From: an uncultured Gammaproteobacteria bacterium
GTDB taxonomy: Bacteria; Patescibacteriota; Microgenomatia; PFEM01; DATLAM01
Direction: 5' to 3'
Assembly (NCBI GenBank): GCA_964566925.1
Contig: CAZMIZ010000001.1
Coordinates: forward strand, 71,248-135,247
DNA length: 64,000 nucleotides
Of this stretch, positions 57,379 to 64,000 are shown one piece after another; the first letter of the stretch is position 1, and each line of letters begins with the position of its first letter. Position numbers and translations under genes: made by a program. The notes under the pieces were generated by a model. The model ran no database searches. It worked only from the letters and a program-made list of their open reading frames with translations, and was not told the origin of the DNA.

Positions 57379-58460
57379 AGATCGCCTTTAATCAAGCCTG
57401 CCACAAAATCATGAACTTCTTCCCAGTTTCCACTCCGAGGCACTAAAACCCACTGACCGTCGTATTGATAAACCGGAGGATTAATTAAATAACCTTCTTC
57501 CTCCTCGGTGCCGCCATCTAAAACCTCTGTTCGTAAATTGTCTTGATTGAAACCTAAAATCAATTTAATAAAGCTGCCATATTCTGACTGGCTGATGTCC
57601 GTGTCAAAGCTATCACCAAAAACGTTCACCAGCTCAGCAATCCTTTTGGGGTTTAAGAGGGTTTGACTGGATAAAATTTTGTCTTTTAGAGCCAAAAGGA
57701 GTCTTTGCTGGCGTCGGGAGCGAGCAAAATCGGTTCCCTCATCACCCTCGGCGTTACGGCTCCGAACATACTTTAAGGCTCTTTCTCCATCCATCAATTG
57801 CTTGCCGGCGTCAAAATGAAGATATTCATAGCGGAGCTCTTCTGGTTCAGCCTCTTCCATTCCTGGAATAGGGTATTTATAGTCATCGAAAGTTCTTTCC
57901 ACTTCGATCTCAACCCCACCCAAAAGATCAATTGCCTTTTTAAAACCCTCAAAATTAATGAGAATCGCATAATGAACCGGCTGGTCCAGAATTTCAGAAA
58001 CCGCTCCTTTAGCTAAAACTAAACCGCCTCCTGACCGCTTTTCTTCGCCATAATGATAGGCAGTATTAATTTTGGCTCTCATGGAAGGAATCCAAATATC
58101 ACGGGGAAGCGAAAGCATTAAAGTATCACCTGTCGCCAGGTCAGTAGAAATAAAAATGATCGTGTCGGTTAAGTCAATTCCTTCATGACCAGCGCCCCCT
58201 GCTCCCAATAAAAGAATGTTTGTCCGGCCATCTGCTGAAGCTAAATCATGAGGGCTTTGGGTAAAAAGTGAAATGACAGCCGCTGGACCTTTAACCAAGG
58301 CGCCAAGAAAACGAAAAGCTGGCCGGGCCAATTGATAAAGGCCCATCGCTAAAATCAAGATGACCAAAATGGCTAAAAATCCTCTTATCAGAGGCAGATG
58401 TTTAGCCAACCGGCGCTTTATCTTAGAAAAAAACAAAGATGTTCGAGAATGGCGAACCAT
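57375..58460 (-). CDS. LytR-CpsA-Psr (LCP) family glycopolymer–peptidoglycan ligase
   Basis: N-terminal TM and LCP core …NILLLGAGG…DLTDTIIFIS…; convergent with the GT cluster. Confidence 0.75.
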   Translation of the reverse strand: MVRHSRTSLFFSKIKRRLAKHLPLIRGFLAILVILILAMGLYQLARPAFRFLGALVKGPAAVISLFTQSPHDLASADGRTNILLLGAGGAGHEGIDLTDTIIFISTDLATGDTLMLSLPRDIWIPSMRAKINTAYHYGEEKRSGGGLVLAKGAVSEILDQPVHYAILINFEGFKKAIDLLGGVEIEVERTFDDYKYPIPGMEEAEPEELRYEYLHFDAGKQLMDGERALKYVRSRNAEGDEGTDFARSRRQQRLLLALKDKILSSQTLLNPKRIAELVNVFGDSFDTDISQSEYGSFIKLILGFNQDNLRTEVLDGGTEEEEGYLINPPVYQYDGQWVLVPRSGNWEEVHDFVAGLIKGDL

Positions 58461-58466
58461 GATAGA

Positions 58467-60287
58467 ATGAACCTTGTGCTTGGTATTCTAACTCATCTTA
58501 ACCCTCCCCAGCAAGAAGCGGTGACTCACAAAGAAGGCCCGCTTCTGATTCTAGCTGGGGCTGGTTCAGGTAAAACCCGGGCCTTATCCTACCGGGTAGC
58601 CTATCTTATCAAAAAGGAAAAAATTAATCCAGAAAATATCCTTCTGGTAACTTTCACTAATAAGGCTGCTAACGAAATGAAAGAAAGAGTTAAAAACCTC
58701 GCTGGCCTTGTCCCTCCTTTAACCGGGACCTTTCATTCTTTTTGTGCCAAAATCTTAAGACGAGAGGGAAAACATGTCGGGATCCCCCCGGGTTATTTAA
58801 TTTATGATGAGGCTGATCAGCTAGACACGATTAAGTTGGCTTTTGAGAAGCTGGATATTTCGCCTAAGTATTTTAAACCGGCCTCGGTTCTAACGACCAT
58901 TTCTCAAGCTAAAAACGAGCTTATTTCTTCGACTGAATACCCTCAGTATGCCCAGGGTCATTTTCAAAAAACGGTTGCCAGAGTTTATCTTACTTATCAA
59001 CAGTTTCTCAAGCAATATGAGGCTTTGGATTTTGACGATTTACTCTTCGAAACAGTCAGGCTTTTTCAAAAGGAAGGCCAAGTTTTGGGAAAATACCAAA
59101 ATCGATTCAGATATATTTTGGTTGATGAATATCAGGATACTAACCGAGCCCAATATGTCTTAACCAAACTTTTAGCCAAAAGGTGGCGCAATCTTTGTGT
59201 TGTTGGGGATGCCTCTCAAGCCATTTACGGATGGCGGGGGGCTGATTACCGCAACCTTCTCAATCTTAAAAATGATTTTCGGGATCTAAAAATTGTGAAT
59301 TTAGAGCAAAATTATCGTTCAACTCAGACAATCTTGGATGGAGCCCGGGCCGTCATCTCCCAAAACACCACTCATCCTATCTTAGAGCTTTGGACCAAGA
59401 AAAAAGGCGGCGAAAAAATTGGTCTCTATGAAGCTAAAAGCGAGCTCGACGAAGCCGCTTTCGTCGTTAAAATCATCACGGGGCAAAAATTAACTAAGGG
59501 GACTAAATATTCCGACTTCGCTATTCTTTATCGGACTAACGCCCAATCGCGGGTTTTAGAAGAAGCCTTCTTACACGCCGGCATTCCTTATATTCTCGTC
59601 GGCGGGGTTCGCTTTTATGAAAGAAAGGAAATCAAGGATTGTCTCGCCTATCTTAGGCTTTTAGCTAATCCTAAAGATCAAGTCTCTTATAAGAGAATCG
59701 AAAAACTAGGGAAGGGGCGACTCAAGAAATTCTTAGATTTTGCTAAAAAATTCAATCCTAAAAAGTCTTCGACCATCAAAACCTTAGATAAAGTTCTTAA
59801 GGCCGCTGATTACCTTGATCTTTACGACCCTGAGAACGAAAAGGATTTAGCCCGACTGGAAAATATCAAGGAATTACGGTCGGTGGCCACGGAACTCGCT
59901 GATTTGACCCAGTTTTTAGAAAATGTGGCTTTAGTGGAACAAGAATATTTACCAGAACATCCGGCTAATCTGGCAGTTGGCGGGAAAAAGAAGAAAGAGG
60001 CAGTCACCCTGATGACCGCCCACGGAGCCAAAGGTTTGGAATTTCCCATCATTTTTATGGTGGGTATGGAGGAAGGTTTATTCCCCCACTCAAAGAGTAT
60101 GATGGAAAAGGATGAGCTAGAAGAAGAACGAAGGCTTTGTTATGTCGGGATGACTCGAGCTAAAGATAAACTCTATCTGACCTATGCTCGGCGCCGACTC
60201 TATTTTGGCCAGCGGACTAGTAACCCCATCTCGCGCTTTATTGCTGATATTCCTGAGCGCCTTCTTGAGGCCCACTCTGTAGCTTGA
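58467..60287 (+). CDS. pcrA: UvrD/PcrA-family SF1 DNA helicase (short form)
   Basis: MNLVLGILTHLNPPQQEAV…AGAGSGKT, DEYQDTN, and a VGD..QAIYGWRGA motif. Start moved from the track's 58398 to the ATG at 58467 to avoid overlapping the LCP start (58460). Confidence 0.8.
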   Translation: MNLVLGILTHLNPPQQEAVTHKEGPLLILAGAGSGKTRALSYRVAYLIKKEKINPENILLVTFTNKAANEMKERVKNLAGLVPPLTGTFHSFCAKILRREGKHVGIPPGYLIYDEADQLDTIKLAFEKLDISPKYFKPASVLTTISQAKNELISSTEYPQYAQGHFQKTVARVYLTYQQFLKQYEALDFDDLLFETVRLFQKEGQVLGKYQNRFRYILVDEYQDTNRAQYVLTKLLAKRWRNLCVVGDASQAIYGWRGADYRNLLNLKNDFRDLKIVNLEQNYRSTQTILDGARAVISQNTTHPILELWTKKKGGEKIGLYEAKSELDEAAFVVKIITGQKLTKGTKYSDFAILYRTNAQSRVLEEAFLHAGIPYILVGGVRFYERKEIKDCLAYLRLLANPKDQVSYKRIEKLGKGRLKKFLDFAKKFNPKKSSTIKTLDKVLKAADYLDLYDPENEKDLARLENIKELRSVATELADLTQFLENVALVEQEYLPEHPANLAVGGKKKKEAVTLMTAHGAKGLEFPIIFMVGMEEGLFPHSKSMMEKDELEEERRLCYVGMTRAKDKLYLTYARRRLYFGQRTSNPISRFIADIPERLLEAHSVA

Positions 60288-60885
60288 AACTCTCAACCAT
60301 CTTGTCGTAGCCAGGATGATTGAAATGTTCTCCTGAAGGCGTGGCTACCCTGATCAAATCATCTCTGGTCATTACCAGTTCATAAACCTTATCTTTTTGA
60401 CCGAAAAAGATATAGAGAAGGGGGTTGTTTTTGGCTGTTTCTTTTTGGACGAAGCGAATGGCGGGGATTTCATTGATTGTAAAATTTTCCTCCTGAGGCA
60501 CCTCTTTTAAAATCAGGTCTTCGTGGCGAAACCAGGTCAGCCAGTTTCGGACTGACGTTTGGGATTTATTCTCCCAAATCAAAACCTCAAATTGACCCTC
60601 TTGATCGAAAAATTTAGCTTGGTGCCAGATTGAACCATCGGGCACCCTTTTTAAATTAGCCGCTTCTTGGATATCCCATTCTTCAATCTCCCAATCAGCG
60701 GGATACGAAAGCTGGTAGCCATATTTTTGATTAAAAAACTCCTTCCAACCAGGCTGGGGAGTCAAGGTTGGAGAAATTAACGGTCTAGCCACTAAAAAAA
60801 TTAAAGCCAGGCCTAAAAGAATGCCGATAGGAATAATTTTCTTTTTCACTTCGAGATCGTTCCTAAGAGGGTGATACCCTGACAC
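60238..60885 (-). CDS. Hypothetical membrane-anchored secreted protein (215 aa)
   Basis: ORF with an N-terminal signal anchor. Confidence 0.35.
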   Translation of the reverse strand: MSGYHPLRNDLEVKKKIIPIGILLGLALIFLVARPLISPTLTPQPGWKEFFNQKYGYQLSYPADWEIEEWDIQEAANLKRVPDGSIWHQAKFFDQEGQFEVLIWENKSQTSVRNWLTWFRHEDLILKEVPQEENFTINEIPAIRFVQKETAKNNPLLYIFFGQKDKVYELVMTRDDLIRVATPSGEHFNHPGYDKMVESFKLQSGPQEGAQEYQQ

Positions 60886-61397
60886 TCGCCACTACAACAA
60901 AAAGCTTGAGTGTAAAAAGAACATGGCGGACAAAAAGTCTGACGACAATCTCTTGGTTTTAAGTGGCGGTAGTCTCGTTTTGATTCATAAATTATCAACC
61001 TGGGATCACTGGCCACTACCTCTTTTAAATAGCCTTTAGGACAATCACAGCATTGATCGATCCTGATCGCCAAAAGACAATCACTCTTCGCCTGACAAAA
61101 CGGAAGCGGTTTAAGGTTTAAACTGAAAGGGATTTGAGGCCAAAAAACCAAAAGAAGGGCACCAACAACAGAAATGAAAGCTAAAATCATTTCTACTAAT
61201 AAAAGCGCTTTAATGAGGGGAGTGTGGGGAGCTTTAAGGCTAAAATCAATCGGCAGAAGACGACTATCAAAAGGCAACCAGCTAATGGGTTTCTCTCTCA
61301 TCCTCTTTATGATACCATAAAAAGAGAAATGCTCGTCAGGGAAGTCCAAGAGAAAGAAAAAAAGCGGTTCAATCAGGTGGCGACCCACCCCCTTCAA
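60846..61397 (-). CDS. Hypothetical Cys-rich (9 Cys) membrane-anchored protein; the real start is probably internal (~61190)
   Basis: …CQAKSDC…QCCDCPKG…DCRQTFCPPCSFYTQAFCCSGECQ. The 5' part of the ORF overlaps fem on the other strand. Confidence 0.3.
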   Translation of the reverse strand: MKGVGRHLIEPLFFFLLDFPDEHFSFYGIIKRMREKPISWLPFDSRLLPIDFSLKAPHTPLIKALLLVEMILAFISVVGALLLVFWPQIPFSLNLKPLPFCQAKSDCLLAIRIDQCCDCPKGYLKEVVASDPRLIIYESKRDYRHLKPRDCRQTFCPPCSFYTQAFCCSGECQGITLLGTISK

Positions 61398-62360
61398 TCT
61401 TGGGAGTGGGGCGAATTTCGGGAAAAAACCGGTAAAAAAGTCATTCGGCTAGGCCTCTTTGACGAAACAAAATTAAAAGCAGGCTATCAATTAACCGTCC
61501 ATCCCCTGCCTAAAACTGGCTACAATTTGCTTTATTTCCCTAAAGGCCCTATCCCTAACAAAATCATGCTCGAAACTCTAACTAAAGTGGGCCAGCAAGA
61601 ACAGGCCGTTCTCGTGAAGATGGAGCCCAATGTTGGTCGACCTCTAAGCCAAAGTCCTAGTGCCTTTAAAGAAATCCGAAACTTTCTCCTTGAAAATAGT
61701 TGTCGTCCAGGCCAACCCCTCTTTACCCCTTATACTTTTCGGCTTGATTTAACTAAAAAAGAAGAGGATCTTTTGGCGGCCATGAAGTCTAAAACTCGCT
61801 ACAATCTCCGCCTCTCCCAAAAACACGGGGTAGAAGTGATAGAAGATAATTCTCGAGAAGCCTTTGAAATTTATTTGAAGTTAATGATGGAAACTACCCA
61901 AAGACAAAAATTCTTTGCCCACACTCTAGATTACCACCGAAAAATGTGGGCGACACTTAACCCGGCCGGTATCGCCCATCTTCTTTTGGCTAAATGTAAG
62001 AATAAGGTCCTGGTAGCCTGGATTTTATTTACCTTCAACAAGGTCCTTTATTATCCTTACGGGGCTTCAACCAGAGAGCTTCGGGAAACGATGCCCTCCT
62101 ACGCAATGATGTGGCAAGCAATTAAGTTCGGCCAAAAAATGGGTTGCGAAACCTTTGATCTTTGGGGAACGCCTGGGCCGGACCCGAACCCTAAAGACCC
62201 CTGGTTTGGTTTTCACCGCTTCAAGCTCGGATTTGGGGCCCAGCTGATTGAATTCTTGGGCACTTGGGATCTCGTTATTAACCCCTACTTCTATCCTCTC
62301 TATAATCTGGCTAACAATCTTCGCTGGAAATTCTTGCGCCTGAAGTCTCGATTAATCTAA
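61329..62360 (+). CDS. FemAB/FemX-family peptidoglycan interpeptide-bridge aminoacyltransferase
   Basis: …HPLQSWEWGEFREKTG… N-terminus and a FemAB fold. The track start at 61224 is a GTG; ATG at 61329 is preferred. Confidence 0.6.
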   Translation: MLVREVQEKEKKRFNQVATHPLQSWEWGEFREKTGKKVIRLGLFDETKLKAGYQLTVHPLPKTGYNLLYFPKGPIPNKIMLETLTKVGQQEQAVLVKMEPNVGRPLSQSPSAFKEIRNFLLENSCRPGQPLFTPYTFRLDLTKKEEDLLAAMKSKTRYNLRLSQKHGVEVIEDNSREAFEIYLKLMMETTQRQKFFAHTLDYHRKMWATLNPAGIAHLLLAKCKNKVLVAWILFTFNKVLYYPYGASTRELRETMPSYAMMWQAIKFGQKMGCETFDLWGTPGPDPNPKDPWFGFHRFKLGFGAQLIEFLGTWDLVINPYFYPLYNLANNLRWKFLRLKSRLI

Positions 62361-62361
62361 A

Positions 62362-63183
62362 ATGGTTGATCTCAGACAGTCCCGGGAATACGCTCGCTAT
62401 CTGGCCCTCTTAGGCTGGATTGTCGAAAAGGCCGGCGGAAACTATTTCTATCTTCGCCGAATTCCCTTAACTCCTTTTTCAATTATTAAAGTCCAACGAC
62501 CCAGGAAAATCTCTTCTGAAAAAATTGATCAGCTGGCCAGAAAATATCGCGCTCTTACCGTTTATTTAGAACCAGACGTCAGCAAAACTAAAAATTGGAA
62601 ATTGGAAATTGAAAATTATAACTACCGCCTCGGGAAATCGCCTTTTCTCCCCACCAAAACTATCCAGCTTGATTTAACCCAATCAGAAGAAAAAATCTTG
62701 GCCCAAATGAAAAAAGATGCCAGATACAGCCTTAGGAAAGCAACAAAACTAGACATTAGAATACTAAGATTTAAGGAGATTGGGAAATTTTATCAAGCCT
62801 GGAAAAAATCGGTCAGCTGGCGAAGACATGTGCCCTCCTTAAAATCTCTTCAAGCTTTGAAAAGAGCCTTCGGCCAAAAAGCAATTTTCTTAACCACCGA
62901 TTTCCTGGCTGGCACAGTCGTCTTGATAGCTAATAAAAGCGCCTCCTATTTCTACGCCTTTACCTCAAAAAAGGGGCGGGAAAATTTTGCTCAATATCGG
63001 TTAGTTTGGGAAGCAATCAAGTTAGCTAAGAAACAAAGTTGTCAAATCTTTGATTTTGAGGGCATTTACGACAATCGCTTTCCCCAAAACTCATGGCAAG
63101 GCTTTTCTCATTTCAAAAAAAGTTTTGGAGGGAAAGAAATAAAGTACCCAGGGTGTTTAATAAAATACAGATTCCCTTTTTAA
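62362..63183 (+). CDS. Second FemAB-like transferase (short)
   Basis: Paralogous architecture to the upstream gene, starting 2 nt after its stop. Confidence 0.45.
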   Translation: MVDLRQSREYARYLALLGWIVEKAGGNYFYLRRIPLTPFSIIKVQRPRKISSEKIDQLARKYRALTVYLEPDVSKTKNWKLEIENYNYRLGKSPFLPTKTIQLDLTQSEEKILAQMKKDARYSLRKATKLDIRILRFKEIGKFYQAWKKSVSWRRHVPSLKSLQALKRAFGQKAIFLTTDFLAGTVVLIANKSASYFYAFTSKKGRENFAQYRLVWEAIKLAKKQSCQIFDFEGIYDNRFPQNSWQGFSHFKKSFGGKEIKYPGCLIKYRFPF

Positions 63184-64000
63184 CTCCAGGCTTCGCAAAG
63201 AAGACGGAAATCGCACCAATCGCACCAGATTCCGGGGGTGGGTTCAAACTTGCTTTTTTCAATCTCTTTAGCCTTCTCTGCCAGGTCTTTTTTAGCTTTT
63301 TTAAGTTGTTCTCCTGTTCTTTTGGTTGATTTTTTCTCGCCGGGATCCAAATAATAGAAAGTCAGAACCACCGCCTCTGGATTTTTATTATAAATGCCTG
63401 GGTCAGTCGCCGCTAAAGCATAAACAGTCATTTGCAAGGAATTATCCACTGTTTTCTGATCCATCACTCTGCCGGTTTTATAATCAATAATTTCTAGCTG
63501 GCCGTTTTTTTCATCAACCCGGTCAATTTTCCCGCCAATCCTAAGTTTAGGACTAACCCGGATGATAAAGGGTTGCTCTAAGTCACGAGGAACTACTTTA
63601 GCATCAAATTTTTTATAAAAATCTGAGAGCATTCTTTGGCCTTGTTTTTTCATCCGCTCCTCGTGGGCCTTGCTGGCATAACCTTCTGGTACCCAATTAA
63701 CCTTAAGCAGGCTTAAAAGATCTTTTTTGGTTAATTTTTTTCCCTTGGCACGTGGAGAAACTTTACGTGCTTCAATTAACTCTTGGTAAAAATCTCGCAA
63801 AGTTTTATGGATTGAAGTGCCAAAACTGGCGGCCGCTGAAGGCGGGACCGGAATCCGCTGGAGATAGCGAAAACGATAGCGACGAGGGCAAGTATCAAAG
63901 GTATCAATTTGAGAAAAAGATAGGTAATTAATTGGCTGGCGAATCGCCCCCTCTTGCTCTTTAATCGGCGCTTGCCAAGACAGAAGGGAAAGTTGGTCTT
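63180..64000 (-). CDS. PD-(D/E)XK RecB/Cas4-type nuclease with 4-Cys cluster; reading frame is open to the right window edge (partial)
   Basis: Frame continues upstream of the track TTG: …LSFSQIDTFDTCPRRYRFRYLQ…, IDYKTG, QMTVYALA, C-terminal CDWCDFRLLC. Confidence 0.55.
   Translation of the reverse strand, partial: DQLSLLSWQAPIKEQEGAIRQPINYLSFSQIDTFDTCPRRYRFRYLQRIPVPPSAAASFGTSIHKTLRDFYQELIEARKVSPRAKGKKLTKKDLLSLLKVNWVPEGYASKAHEERMKKQGQRMLSDFYKKFDAKVVPRDLEQPFIIRVSPKLRIGGKIDRVDEKNGQLEIIDYKTGRVMDQKTVDNSLQMTVYALAATDPGIYNKNPEAVVLTFYYLDPGEKKSTKRTGEQLKKAKKDLAEKAKEIEKSKFEPTPGIWCDWCDFRLLCEAWS

Noticed and set aside
1-64000. CRISPR arrays, rRNA, tRNA, integrase/transposase genes
   Set aside because: Scanning of all intergenic gaps found no tRNA-like cloverleaf or T-loop (GTTCGAAT-type) sequences, no spaced short repeats, and no recombinase-like ORFs. 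This was done by eye only; tRNAscan or minced would be needed for certainty.

Overview
This 64-kb window looks like a small-genome monoderm bacterium, possibly a Candidate Phyla Radiation (Patescibacteria) lineage. That is an inference from the sortase, LCP ligase and Fem transferases, the type II DnaJ, the shortened AlaRS and IF-2, and the tailed ribosomal proteins. Roughly 5–24 kb is a conserved minus-strand informational backbone: rpoB-rpoC-rpsL-rpsG-fusA-tuf-rpsJ … rplC, then mltG/ruvX/alaS, ftsK, pnp-rpsO, infB-nusA and the CIRCE-controlled hrcA-grpE-dnaK-dnaJ operon. Six accessory or unusual regions stand out.

1. A ~4.2-kb island of eight small, mostly membrane proteins sits inside the normally invariant rpsJ|rplC junction. 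It is bounded by a perfect 18-bp direct repeat that carries a promoter -35 box, and a ~30-bp relic of the rpsJ 3' end lies just inside its right edge.
2. A cohesin-dockerin module: a GH5-like hydrolase with a C-terminal dockerin, two cohesin-domain anchoring proteins (one carrying an LPEAG sortase signal), and a GH39-like hydrolase.
3. A pilN/pilO-led cell-surface cluster that includes Fn3, Cys-rich and TETPTE-repeat proteins; a second LPEAG substrate is found there.
4. A putative galactofuranan-type glycopolymer cluster: a UDP-galactopyranose-mutase-like FAD enzyme, three large GT-C-like membrane proteins, and a convergent LCP ligase.
5. A free-standing Lon AAA+ module without N-domain or protease domain.
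6. A catalytically degenerate DHH protein in the infB–rpsO interval.

By eye I found no CRISPR array, rRNA, tRNA, integrase or transposase. Protein-family calls rest on motif recognition from memory. No searches or computations were run, and coordinates for motifs are hand-counted.
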